DNA from: an uncultured delta proteobacterium
GTDB taxonomy: Bacteria; Myxococcota; Myxococcia; Myxococcales; Myxococcaceae
Direction: 5' to 3'
Length of the DNA: 64,000 nt
NCBI GenBank assembly: GCA_963796055.1
Contig: CAWCKH010000005.1
Location: forward strand, 32,001-96,000
The position numbers and the translations under genes were made by a program. The notes beneath the pieces were generated by a model that saw nothing but the letters and a program-made list of their open reading frames with translations, searched no databases and had not been told where the DNA came from. Positions 34,357 to 45,894 of this stretch are shown here, in pieces (the stretch's first letter is position 1; the number at the start of each line of letters is the position of its first letter).

Positions 34357-35418
34357 TCAGTCGTGGTCCGCTCCACCGTGGTCGTCGTCCCGGCTGCCGT
34401 CGATGCGGATCTCCGAGATGGTGTACCGGGACACCTGCGCGCACCACTCTGAGTCCGGCGTCACGTACTCCTGGCTGAAGATGCGCAGGTCGAGGGCGAG
34501 GTTGGTCACCAGTAGATGCCGCCCGGCGAAGCGGATGCTCGCCGGGAAGAGGAGACCCACCGGCTCGCCATGACGGACCGCGCCGCCGAAGTCACCCAGC
34601 TTGGCGATCAGCTTGCCCGCGGGATCGAGCACCACCACGTCGTCCGACTGGTTCTCGGCGACCCAGACGTTGTCGTGGTCGTCCACGAGCAGCCCGTCCG
34701 CTCCGTTGATCGCCTGGGCGAAGATGGCAGGAGAACCTCCGGGGTTACTGCCGACAACGGGAATCTTGAGAACCGTGTCGCTGCCGGTGTTGGCGACGAA
34801 CATCGCACTCTCCGCCCGGTTGAAGCGGATCCCGTTGGCCCCGAAGGGGGGGACGCCCGTAGTGCGGAGCAGCGGGTCGTCGATCCAGGCGGTCGCCACG
34901 CCCCCGTTCGGAGGAGCCTTCCAGATGATCCCCTGCGCACTGTCCGAGATGTAGACGTTCCCGGCGTGGTCGAAGGTGATGTCATTGAGCCCCGCGCCGC
35001 CCGGATGCGGCAAGGCTGGCAGGGTGATGAAGGGCTGCGCAGCGCCGGTTCTCGCATCGACAGCGAGCACCTGACCGGCGCCGAAGTCGTTCACCAGCAG
35101 GACACCGCTGTGTGGATGGAAGCGCAGCCCGAGGAGATGCGGAGTCGAGGGCGTCACCGGGATCTGGCGGACCAGCCGACCGTGCTCGTCGAACACCGTG
35201 AGCTGTCCCTGGCCGGTGGCGGAGCCGGTGGCGGTGAAGCCGAAGCCGGTCACGTAGACGTGGCCGTGCGGACCGACATCGAGCCCCTCGGGGCCGGAGG
35301 AGCCGGGCGGCATTACCGCAAAGGTGCGGACCCGCCCGCGATCCCAGGCGTGCGCCGACCCGCCGAGCAAGAGAAAACCGAGCGACAGCACCGAGACCGC
35401 ACGACGCGTTCCGCGCAT
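34357..35418 (-). CDS. SMP-30/gluconolactonase-family beta-propeller, secreted
   Basis: Signal peptide, then PEG, LND, ANG and ADG blade motifs. GGGAGG SD. Confidence 0.85.
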   Translation of the reverse strand: MRGTRRAVSVLSLGFLLLGGSAHAWDRGRVRTFAVMPPGSSGPEGLDVGPHGHVYVTGFGFTATGSATGQGQLTVFDEHGRLVRQIPVTPSTPHLLGLRFHPHSGVLLVNDFGAGQVLAVDARTGAAQPFITLPALPHPGGAGLNDITFDHAGNVYISDSAQGIIWKAPPNGGVATAWIDDPLLRTTGVPPFGANGIRFNRAESAMFVANTGSDTVLKIPVVGSNPGGSPAIFAQAINGADGLLVDDHDNVWVAENQSDDVVVLDPAGKLIAKLGDFGGAVRHGEPVGLLFPASIRFAGRHLLVTNLALDLRIFSQEYVTPDSEWCAQVSRYTISEIRIDGSRDDDHGGADHD

Positions 35419-35829
35419 GACGTCCTCCCGTCGGATCCGGGACCGGAGGGGCCCCGGCGCGCTGGAAGGAGACGCCCTGGTGCTGCAGGCCGCAACTGCC
35501 GCGGACTGCAGCCGCAGGCGCATGCCAAGTAGATGTCAGACCGACGCGGAGGGGAAGCTCGCTCCGGCACCGGAGCACCACGAGTCGGCCCGGGCCGCAG
35601 CGCAGATGCTGGGGAGCAAGAGCTGGATCGAGGAGACCAGCCGCGGCGGAGAAGGTCCGACGCAGGCTCGAGGCGGCGACACGCCCCGGAGCCTCGACGA
35701 CTTCGGGTGGCGCCAGCACCGGCGGTGAGCGGGGCCGGCTGCGGCGGCCTCAGGAGTTCGCGCGCTGCTCCGATGACGCTGCCCAACCGGGTTCGCATCT
35801 GACGAGCGCTGCCAAAAGTGTCCCGTTCG

Positions 35830-36146
35830 GGTTCCCTCGAACTTGCGAACCTTTTCCGGACGCTCGGGGGCGGGGGGGGGGTGCGCCCTCGCCAGAGCGT
35901 CCGGTTCGGGTTCGCGAGTGCCTGCCTGGGAACCAGCTGAGCAGCCGTCCGTGTTGCGAGACGCGGTGTCCAGCCTCCCCAGTCGCTCGCCCCCTGGGCT
36001 CAGCGAGCTCGGAACGCCCGCTCGCGCGCGCTGGTTCCCACGTTGCAGCTGCGAAACAATTTCGGACACCTCGGCGGGTGCCCGGACCCCCCTCCCCTGG
36101 CGACCGTCCGGTTCGGGTTCGCGAGTGCAACCTGGGAACCCGCGCG
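35830..36146. repeat. Two tandem homologous imperfect long hairpins (35830-35934 and 36025-36146)
   Basis: Identical 24-mer CGTCCGGTTCGGGTTCGCGAGTGC at 35898 and 36105, each followed closely by CCTGGGAACC. The 5' arms differ but still pair. Confidence 0.75.
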
Positions 36147-36199
36147 GACGCAAATCGTCCTTTTGTGCGCGTGCGCGCTTCTTGCTTCGGCCCCCGCGA

Positions 36200-37065
36200 A
36201 TGGATGAAGCAAGCGATGCGCTCGAAGATGCACTGACCGAGCTGCGCTTCCGTTGCGCCCTTCTCGACGAGGGCCCGGTTCCGAGCCCGGGGCGCCGGGC
36301 GTTCCCGGTGGACGCCATCTCGCTCCACGTCCCGCTCGCGGGTCGCTGTCACATCGATGTGGCCCTTCCGGTCTGGGTCCATCGGCTCGAGCCCGGGGAG
36401 ATCCTCGTGGTGAACCAGGGTGTGGACGGCGCGCTCCGCGCGACCTCCGACGGCAGCCCGCGGCCGAAGGTTCTCTCCATGCGTGTCGACTTCGATGCTC
36501 CACAGGGGCATCCGCTGCTCGACTCTCTCCCTCCGCTCATCCGCGCCACCGTCCGCAAGGTCCCCGCGCCTGGGTCATTCGAGCCGCTTCTTGCGGCACT
36601 CCTCGCCGAGTACACGATGCCCATGCTCGGTCGCAGGGAGGTCTCGCGGGCTCTATGCACCTCCATGACCTCGACTGGACCAACAAGGGCTGGCTGCGGG
36701 CGCTCGCCGATCCGGTGATCAAAGGGCAGCTGACTCCGCCGGCACCGGCGGGCCCCGGCTCCGAGACGGTCCGCAGTCTGGCGGATGCATCGGGGCGCTC
36801 GGAACGTCGCATCCGCGCGCGGTTTGCGAAGTTCGCCGGCTCGAGTCCCTCTGAGCTCATCCGGCACTCGCGTGCGCGCCGAGCGGCGAGGCTGCTCCTC
36901 GACGGCGAGACTGATCTCGCGCTGATCGCGCGCCTAACCGGCTATCGCACCCGTCAAGCCTTTTGTCGTGCGTTCAAGCGCGAGCTCGGCGTCTCACCCG
37001 CAGCGTACTGGCGGAGCGCGAACGGCCGGCGCTTCCCTCGCAAGCCCAAGGGACCGAAGAAGTGA
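36200..37065 (+). pseudogene. AraC-family regulator (cupin plus HTH), frameshifted near 36657
   Basis: Cupin part in one frame; GWLRALADP and the HTH (GYRTRQAFCRAFKRELGVSP) in another. Confidence 0.8.
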
Positions 37066-37109
37066 CGAGTTGAGGCCGAATCGTCCGCGGCGGCGGGTGC
37101 CAATCGGAC

Positions 37110-37868
37110 TCAGACGAGCGGAGTGACCCGGCCGAGTCGCAATGAGAGCGGCCAGCGGATGAGGCGCGCCATCGCCGGATCGCCCCACCCGGCCCGCAGC
37201 TCGTCGCCGAAGCGATCGAACTCGGCTCCGCGACCGGCCCTCCGGAGTGACTGCACCGCAGACCAGGTGCCCACGTACCCGAGCAGCTGCTCGGCATTCC
37301 AGCGGTGCTCGAGCGCGAGGGCCGGTGCTTCCACCGGCTCGAACGGGAAAGGCAGCGAGCGGTAACCCTCGTCGACGAGCCGGCGTTCGGGGGGCCAGTG
37401 GCCCTCGAGCGTCTTCCGGTAGAACTGATCGACGATCCATCCGATCTGAGGCTCCGCCTCCATCACCGCGTAGGTGACGAGGGCAATGAGGCCACCGGGC
37501 CGGGCCACCCGGCGGACTTCCTGGTAGTAGGCGTCGAGGTCGAACCAGTGAACCGCCTGCGCCGCCACGGCACAGTCGACGCTCCCGTCGTCAAGTCCGC
37601 TCGCCTCGGCCGGGGCCACCGCGTAACGCACCGCGGGGTGCGGTGTCGCAGCGGCGATCTGTGCGGCACTTGCATCCGTCGCCACCACGCTCTCGAACAC
37701 CTCACCGAGCACCGCCGAGAGCTGCCCCGATCCGCAACCTGCGTCCCAGGCGAGGCCGCGTCCCGGCGACCGCGCGGCCAGGGCCTCGGCCACTGCGCGC
37801 GGATACACCGGGCGGTGCGCGGCGTATCCGGTTGCCGTGGCCGAGAAGTGGTCCTTGAACCCGCTCAT
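37110..37868 (-). CDS. Class I SAM-dependent methyltransferase
   Basis: FKDHFS, WDAGCGSGQ and AQAVHWFD motifs. Confidence 0.9.
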   Translation of the reverse strand: MSGFKDHFSATATGYAAHRPVYPRAVAEALAARSPGRGLAWDAGCGSGQLSAVLGEVFESVVATDASAAQIAAATPHPAVRYAVAPAEASGLDDGSVDCAVAAQAVHWFDLDAYYQEVRRVARPGGLIALVTYAVMEAEPQIGWIVDQFYRKTLEGHWPPERRLVDEGYRSLPFPFEPVEAPALALEHRWNAEQLLGYVGTWSAVQSLRRAGRGAEFDRFGDELRAGWGDPAMARLIRWPLSLRLGRVTPLV

Positions 37869-38140
37869 CCTGCTCCGACCTACCTCGCCCCGCCGCTGCG
37901 TGCACGCAACAGGCGCATGCCACGCCGGCACGGCGACCGTGGTCTCCGGTGCGACCATGGACTTTGCTGCGGTTCCCCTGAGCGCCCGGGAGCGCGTAGG
38001 CCGCTCAAAGCGTGCCCACCGGCCCCACGCCCTGCCTTCCGCCGTCCACCCGGGGCCGTGCCCGAACGCCCGGACCGAGAGAGCGCCGCAGAGGTCATCC
38101 CCGCGGCCGACAGACCCGGGCACCGGTCGCGGCTCAGCGT

Positions 38141-39412
38141 TCACCGATCAGCCCGCACCGTGACCGCGAGCTCTCCTCGGGGCACGACCGCATCCACCAG
38201 GGTGGCGGTTTCACCGACCGCCTCGACGGTGATCGGCCCTTCCCCTCCCAGTGTGGCAGCGAGCTCGCTCCCGGTGGGCCAGGTGCCCGTCTCGGCCCGG
38301 AGGAGGTCGGCGGTGACGGCGCCTCGGAGCAGCTGCAGCTGTGCCCGCCCCCGCGCATCCGAGCGCGCAACCCGGCCGAGCTGCGGCAGGGCGAACGCCG
38401 CCCGGGGATTCATCCACGGCCGCTCCCCCGCCGCGAGCACGTCGAGCCGCTCGGCCCGTGCCGGCATGGGCAGGCCTGCCGCCTTCACCGCCGCGGCAAG
38501 ACGGGCGTCGATGCGGTGCCACGCATCCCCGAGGGCCAGGGCAAAGCGCCAGTCCGTCCGCCCGCTGGGAGCATTCTCCCGGGCCCATGCCGCCACCGAC
38601 TCCGGCAACCCGTCCGGCGGCGCCAGGTACGGAGCGAAGGCCCGCGCACGCGCCCCGAGCGCGTACTCGGCCATGATCACGCCGAGCGCCGGCGTCCCCT
38701 CCTCCACCCGGCCGAGCGCAAGGGCCGCGGAGCGCTTCACCTCGGTGGGGGCGGCGTCGAGGGCTGCGACGCATGGCCGGAACGCCACCTCCTCCACGGC
38801 CAGGGCGGGGAGCCGCCCGGCGAGGCCGGCCCCCCACGAGGCGTCGCGGGCGAGCGCCTGGAGATCGACGCAGACGCGCACCGCACCCGCCGCATCCCTC
38901 AGGGACATCAGCTGACGGACGTGGAGCGCTCCGAGCTTCCCCGCGTAGGGCAAGGTGGCCCAGCCGCGCGGACGCGCCACAGGCGTCGGCGTGTCGAGCG
39001 TCCCCAGACCCGGAGGAGGACCGGCCTCGGCGGCATGGGTCGCCGCCAGGAGCGCGCCCAGCGGCCCAGCCCCGGCGTCGAGCTCACGCCGGCACGAGGG
39101 GGAGAGCGCATCGAAGGGCCGTTCCCCCTCCCGCACCGCCCGGCACAGCTCGACGTCCGCCGATGCCGCCTGCAGCTCGGCGAGCGCGTCCCAGGCCCGC
39201 GCAGCAGATGCACCGAAGGTCCCCGGCTCGGGGGACGGGAGGTGCGGCGGACGCGGAAAGCGAGCGGCGGCTCGCGCCTGGAGGTCGCGGCGGAGCGCCC
39301 GCGCTGGCCCGGCCGTCGACGTCCGCCAGAGCGCCACGCCCACCAGGACGACCACCGCCACCATCACCAGCCAGAGTGCACCTTGCAGCCGTCGCGCCGC
39401 CCGCTCACGCAT
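38141..39412 (-). CDS. Hypothetical membrane-anchored protein
   Basis: Long ORF with an N-terminal TM; fills the gap on the operon strand. Confidence 0.6.
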   Translation of the reverse strand: MRERAARRLQGALWLVMVAVVVLVGVALWRTSTAGPARALRRDLQARAAARFPRPPHLPSPEPGTFGASAARAWDALAELQAASADVELCRAVREGERPFDALSPSCRRELDAGAGPLGALLAATHAAEAGPPPGLGTLDTPTPVARPRGWATLPYAGKLGALHVRQLMSLRDAAGAVRVCVDLQALARDASWGAGLAGRLPALAVEEVAFRPCVAALDAAPTEVKRSAALALGRVEEGTPALGVIMAEYALGARARAFAPYLAPPDGLPESVAAWARENAPSGRTDWRFALALGDAWHRIDARLAAAVKAAGLPMPARAERLDVLAAGERPWMNPRAAFALPQLGRVARSDARGRAQLQLLRGAVTADLLRAETGTWPTGSELAATLGGEGPITVEAVGETATLVDAVVPRGELAVTVRADR

Positions 39413-39433
39413 CAGGGCGGCGCACACTGCCAG

Positions 39434-39474
39434 AAAAAGCGAGGGCCCGCCCGGCGCGCGCCGGGCAGGCCCTC
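39434..39474 (-). terminator. Intrinsic terminator after the sigma-54 activator
   Basis: 15/16-bp stem GAGGGCCCGCCCGGCG / CGCCGGGCAGGCCCTC with a TTTTT tract on the minus strand. Confidence 0.7.
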
Positions 39475-39538
39475 TTGTCCCCGTCAGGGACGCCGCCCGG
39501 GTCGCAGTGCCCGGGCTGACGGCCCTCCGGATGGTCTC

Positions 39539-40983
<1,445 letters not shown>

Positions 40984-40984
<1 letters not shown>

Positions 40985-42555
40985 CAGTTCCTCACGGAAG
41001 GGAAAGACGTTGGGGGGATGGGAAGAAGGACGGTGAAGGTGGAGCCCTCGCCGGGGGCGCTCTGCACCTCGAAGCGGCCACCGTGGTCCTGGACGATGCG
41101 GTAGGCGATCGCCAGGCCCAGGCCGGTGCCCTGGCCCGGGGGCTTGGTGGTGAAGGACGGCTCGAAGATGCGCCGGAGCACCGAGGCCTCGATGCCGGTA
41201 CCGGTGTCGCGGACGCTGACGAAGACGTGGGTGTCGCCCCGCCCGGTGCGGACGGTGAGCGTGCCCGGCTTCCCGTCCAGCGCGTAGAGACCGTTTTGCA
41301 AGAGGTTCAGGAGCACCTGCCCCATCTGCCCCGTGTCGCCGATCACCGGTGGCAGTTCGGCCTCGGTCTTCACGTCCAGGGCCGCCTCGGGCGACTTCTT
41401 CAGCTGGGCTCCGAAGAGGAACGCTGCGTCGTCCACGCAGCGATTCAGGTCGAACGGGCGGCGGTCGCCCTCCTGCGAGCGGCGGCTGAACTGGAGCAGG
41501 CTCTCCACGATGCGCTTGCACCGGAGCGCCGACTCCTCGATCAGCTGCAGGGAATCGAGGTCCCCCTTGGCGCGCCCCACGTCCCGCTTCATCAGCTGGG
41601 CGAAGGTGAGGATCCCGGCCAGCGGGTTGTTGATCTCGTGCGCCACGCCGCCGGCGAGCTGGCCCACCGCGGCCATCTTCTCGGTCTCGACCAGGCGCGC
41701 GGTCATGGTCCGCTCGTCGGTCACGTCCCGGTACGCGCACACCGCCTGCCCCTCCTCCGCCATGGGGTAGACGTCGAGCACGTAGATTCTTCCCTTGTGC
41801 TGGATCTCCGCCCGGCCTTCCTTGCCGCTGGAGATGGCCTTCTTCATCGGGCAGCCCGTGCACGGGGTGTCACGACCGAAGAGGAACTGGTGGCAAGGCG
41901 GGTTCTGGCTCACGCCCTGGACGGGGCGTCCCGCCACCCGCGCATAGGCCACGTTGGCCCGCCGCACGCTGTGGTCCGAGCCCCGCACCACCGCCAGGGG
42001 CAGGTCGAGCGAGTCGAAGGACAGCTCCCATTCGCGCTTGGCCACCACCAGCAGCCGGGTCCGCTGCTGCACCCGCTCCTCGAGCTCGGCGTTGAGGGCC
42101 CGCAGCTCCTCGTTCTGGGCCCGGGTGACCTCTTGCAGGTGCGCGTTCTCCCGCTGCACCGCGTACTGCTCGAAGGCGCTCTGCACGGTCAGCAGCAGCG
42201 CCGAGTCGTTCCAGGGCTTGGCGATGAAGCGGAAAATCTCGGAGCGGTTGATCGCCTCCTCGATGGCCCGCTGGTCGGCGTGACCGGTGAGCATGATCCG
42301 CTGCGCGAGCGGGATGCGCTGCTTCACCTGGGCCAGGAAGTCCGCCCCGTTCATTCCGGGGAGCCGGAAATCCGAGATGACCACCTCGGGAGTGAACTGC
42401 TCGAGGACCTTGAGCCCCCGCTCACCGTCGAGAGCGGTGCGGATCTCCCAGTCCCCGCTGCGCAGCACGCGACGGAGCGACTTGAGGATGTTCTCCTCGT
42501 CGTCCACCACCAGCAGCCGCCCCTGAGCGGGCGACATCCTGAGCGCGGGCTCCAT
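40984..42555 (-). CDS. Hybrid sensor kinase REC-PAS-HisKA-HATPase (possibly HsfB-like)
   Basis: N-terminal REC, AHEINNPL H-box, DTGTG and GTGLGL motifs. Confidence 0.95.
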
Positions 42556-42584
42556 GGCGTGTCTTCCAGTCCGTGAAAGGGGAT

Positions 42585-42600
42585 TGCAACCGCCCGGCCA
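42585..42600 (-). promoter_or_regulatory. Sigma-54 promoter (-24/-12)
   Basis: TGGCCG-N5-TTGCA with exact GG-N10-GC spacing, 30 bp before the kinase ATG. Confidence 0.65.
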
Positions 42601-42754
42601 CCCGCCCGGTCTTTGCCAACCCCCGAGGATCAGGTCCGTCTTGCCCTGTGCTGGTGTTTGGACCCGGGGTCACTCTACACCCACCCCCCCACCTTGTGGT
42701 CGCCAGCGACCCAGGTCGGTCACGCGGACGCCGCGGCCGTCCAGGCCCTGAGGC

Positions 42755-43687
42755 TCAGGAGGGTCCTGGGCCGCGAGGGAGCGCACCGACCCCCGGGTCG
42801 GCGAGGCAGACCCGGTTGCGACCCTCGCGCTTGGCGCGGGCGAGGCATCCGTCGGCGGCGCCGATCAGCTCCTCGGGCGTCTGGACCTGCACGGCGGGAT
42901 GGCTGCCCACGCCCACACTGACAGTGAGGAGCACGTCGGCCGTGGGACCGGTCCGGAGCGCGGCGACGTCGCGGCGGATCCGCTCCGCCACCGTGAGCGC
43001 CCCCGCCAGGTGGGTCTGGGGAAGGATGCAGGCGAACTCGTCACCGCCGGTCCGGGCAACCGTGTCGGTCTCCCGGACGGCGGCCAGCAGGCACTGGGCC
43101 ACGGCGCGGAGCACCCCATCGCCCACCAGGTGACCGAAGGACTCGTTGATGCCGCGGAACTGATCCAGGTCCACCAGGACGAGGGCGAGCGGGTTGTCGT
43201 ACCGCTGGGCACGGCGGAACTCGTCCTCGAGCCGGAGAAGAAAGTAGCGGCGGTTGTGTACCTCGGTGAGCGCGTCGACGACGGCGACCCGGTCCTCCGC
43301 GCCCTGGGTCATCGGCCCCGAGGCTCGACGGAACACTGCGGTCCGGCGGCGCAGCCGCGCGAGCAGCTCCTCCAGGCCCACGCTCGCCGGGAGCACGTCG
43401 TCCGCGCCGAGGTCCAGGAGCCGGGCCCGGCCCTGGGCGTCGTCCACCCCGAGCACCAGCACCGGGCGTCCCGCGTCGGTCTTCGCCCGCACCCGGGAGA
43501 GCAGGCCCGCGGCCCCCCAGGGAGGGCATGGCTCGACGACGAGGAATGCGTCGGGTGACTCGAGGCTGGCGGCCCGGTCCACCGCCTCACCGTCCTCGAA
43601 CCGGGTGAGGGCCCAGCCCGCCTCCTCGAGCCCGCGGGCGAGCGCGCTCACCGGAGCGTCCTGCGTGGTGACGAGCCAGAGGTTCAT
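42755..43687 (-). CDS. REC-GGDEF diguanylate cyclase (atypical receiver)
   Basis: RETD I-site and intact GGDEF; receiver acidic pocket is degenerate. Confidence 0.9.
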   Translation of the reverse strand: MNLWLVTTQDAPVSALARGLEEAGWALTRFEDGEAVDRAASLESPDAFLVVEPCPPWGAAGLLSRVRAKTDAGRPVLVLGVDDAQGRARLLDLGADDVLPASVGLEELLARLRRRTAVFRRASGPMTQGAEDRVAVVDALTEVHNRRYFLLRLEDEFRRAQRYDNPLALVLVDLDQFRGINESFGHLVGDGVLRAVAQCLLAAVRETDTVARTGGDEFACILPQTHLAGALTVAERIRRDVAALRTGPTADVLLTVSVGVGSHPAVQVQTPEELIGAADGCLARAKREGRNRVCLADPGVGALPRGPGPS

Positions 43688-43829
43688 TCTTGGAAAGTCC
43701 CGACAGGCTAGCAGAGAGGCGAACGCGTTGACCGTCGCACACTCGTCTCCCGGGTGCACCGTAACCCCGCGAGACGCAAGGTCGTTTGCGCGGTGTCGGG
43801 ACACAGGGCTAGACCCGGGGGCCCAGGCC

Positions 43830-45875
43830 TTGGACCCCCATCGCGGAGAGCCGCCCCCCGTCCCAGAGCATGCCCTGCCTCCCCCGCTCCGGCAGCGGGT
43901 GCGGCGCTGGCTGGTGGGGCGCCCGCGCAGCGTGGAGGACCCGGGTGTGTTCCACCGAGTCTCGCTGGTGGCCTTCCTGGCGTGGGTGGGGCTGGGAGCC
44001 GACGGGCTGTCCTCCTCGTCGTATGGCCCCGAGGAGTCCTTCAAGGCGCTCGGGAGCCACGTGGCGCTCGCGCCCTTCCTGGCGCTGGCCACCGCGTTCA
44101 CGGTGGTGATCATCGCCGCGGCGTACTCGCGGATCATCGAGCACTTCCCGTTCGGCGGGGGCGGGTACATCGTCGCCACCCGGCTGCTCGGCCCGAGTGC
44201 CGGCGTCGTCTCCGGCAGCGCCCTGATGGTGGACTACGTCCTGACCATCACCACCTCGATGGCCGGAGGGGCCGACGCCATCTTCAGCTTCGTCCCGCCG
44301 TCGCTGCACGGCTGGAAGCTGCCGGTGGAATTCCTGGCCATCGGGGTGCTGGTGGTGCTGAACCTGCGTGGGGTGCGCGAGTCGGTGACGATCCTGGCAC
44401 CGATCTTCCTCCTCTTCCTGGTCACCCACGTGGTTCTCATCGGTGGCTCGGTGCTCGGCCGGGTCGACGAGGTGCACGTGGTCACCGAGCAGGTCCGCAG
44501 CGGGCTCTCTTCCGGGGCGGCGACGCTCGGCCTGGGAGGAATGCTGGCGCTCTTCCTTCGCGCCTACTCGATGGGGGCCGGCACGTACACCGGCATCGAG
44601 GCGGTGAGCAACGGGCTGCAGATCATGCGCGAGCCCAAGGTGGAGACCGCGCGGCGCACCATGGTGCTGATGGCCGTCTCGCTCGCCCTCACCGCCGGCG
44701 GCATCACCCTGGCCTACCTCCTGCTGCACGTGGCGCCGGTGACCGGGCGGACGATGAACGCGGTGCTCGCTGACCGCTTCGCCGGCACGTTCCATCTCGG
44801 CGGCCTCCCGGTGGGCCAGTGGTTCGTCTGGCTCACCCTGCTCTCCGAGGCCCTGCTCCTCTTCGTCGCTGCCCAGGCCGGGTTCCTCGACGGGCCGCGG
44901 GTGATGGCGAACATGGCAGTCGACAGCTGGGCCCCACACCGGTTCGCGCAGCTCTCCGACCGGCTGACGATGCAGAACGGGGTGCTGCTGATGGGCGGCT
45001 CGTCGCTCCTGGCCCTGCTCTACACCCGCGGCGACATCACCACCCTGGTCACCCTCTACGCGATCAACGTCTTCGTCACCTTCTCGCTGAGCCAGCTCGC
45101 CATGTGCCGCTTCTGGTGGCAGCAGCGAAAGGCCCGGGCGGACTGGCGGCGCCAGGGCGCTATTCACGTCGTGGGCCTGGTGCTCTGCCTGGGCATCCTG
45201 GTGGTCAACGTCTACGAGAAGTTCCGCGAGGGGGCGTGGGTCACGCTGGTGGTGACCGGGGCGGTGGTGGGAGTCTTCGTCTGGACGCGCGCCCACTACC
45301 GGAAGGTGCAGCAGAACCTCCGCCGGCTGGACGACATCCTCCCCGCCATGCCCAAGTCCAGGGCACCGGCCCGGGCGCTCGACCCGGGCAAGCCCACCGC
45401 GGTGCTCCTGGTCGGGGGCTACGCCGGGCTCGGCGTCCACTCGCTGCTCACCATCCAGCGGCTGTTCCCCAACTACTTCCAGAACTTCGTCTTCCTCTCG
45501 GTGGGGGTCATCGACTCGGCCACCTTCAAGGACATCGCCGAGGTGGTGGAGGTGAAGGAGCGGACCCGCGCGGCTCTCGACGAGTACGTGAGCCTGGCCC
45601 AGGGGCTCGGACTGGCGGCGACGGCACGGATGGCGCTGGGGACCGAGGCGGTGGAGACCGCCACCCAGCTCTGCCGCGAGGTGGCCAAGGAGTTCCCGCG
45701 GGCGCTGTTCTTCGCCGGGAAGCTGGTCTTCGAGCAGGAGCGCTGGTACCAGCGGATGCTCCACAACGAGACCGCGTACCAGCTCCAGCGCCGGCTCCAG
45801 TTCGCCGGGCTGAACGCGATGGTGCTCCCGGTCCGCCTGCTCGAGGGCGAGGCCCAGGCGAAGGCCGCAGCGTAG
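43830..45875 (+). CDS. APC-family permease (KimA-like)
   Basis: DGLSSSSYGPEE, GGGY and TGIEAVSN motifs, ~12 TMs and a cytoplasmic tail. TTG start inferred. Confidence 0.88.
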   Translation: MDPHRGEPPPVPEHALPPPLRQRVRRWLVGRPRSVEDPGVFHRVSLVAFLAWVGLGADGLSSSSYGPEESFKALGSHVALAPFLALATAFTVVIIAAAYSRIIEHFPFGGGGYIVATRLLGPSAGVVSGSALMVDYVLTITTSMAGGADAIFSFVPPSLHGWKLPVEFLAIGVLVVLNLRGVRESVTILAPIFLLFLVTHVVLIGGSVLGRVDEVHVVTEQVRSGLSSGAATLGLGGMLALFLRAYSMGAGTYTGIEAVSNGLQIMREPKVETARRTMVLMAVSLALTAGGITLAYLLLHVAPVTGRTMNAVLADRFAGTFHLGGLPVGQWFVWLTLLSEALLLFVAAQAGFLDGPRVMANMAVDSWAPHRFAQLSDRLTMQNGVLLMGGSSLLALLYTRGDITTLVTLYAINVFVTFSLSQLAMCRFWWQQRKARADWRRQGAIHVVGLVLCLGILVVNVYEKFREGAWVTLVVTGAVVGVFVWTRAHYRKVQQNLRRLDDILPAMPKSRAPARALDPGKPTAVLLVGGYAGLGVHSLLTIQRLFPNYFQNFVFLSVGVIDSATFKDIAEVVEVKERTRAALDEYVSLAQGLGLAATARMALGTEAVETATQLCREVAKEFPRALFFAGKLVFEQERWYQRMLHNETAYQLQRRLQFAGLNAMVLPVRLLEGEAQAKAAA

Positions 45876-45894
45876 GCCTGGTCGCTGAGCCGGC

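Noticed and set aside
35830..36146. CRISPR array or integron attC interpretation of the repeats
   Set aside because: Only two copies 207 bp apart, no cas or intI gene, and the ends lack RYYYAAC/GTTRRRY.
35515..37922. Identical 13-mer CAGGCGCATGCCA upstream of two minus-strand genes (35515 and 37910), resembling a sigma-54 -24 box
   Set aside because: GG-N10-GC spacing fails at both sites, and chance 13-mer matches are expected in 64 kb of high-GC DNA.
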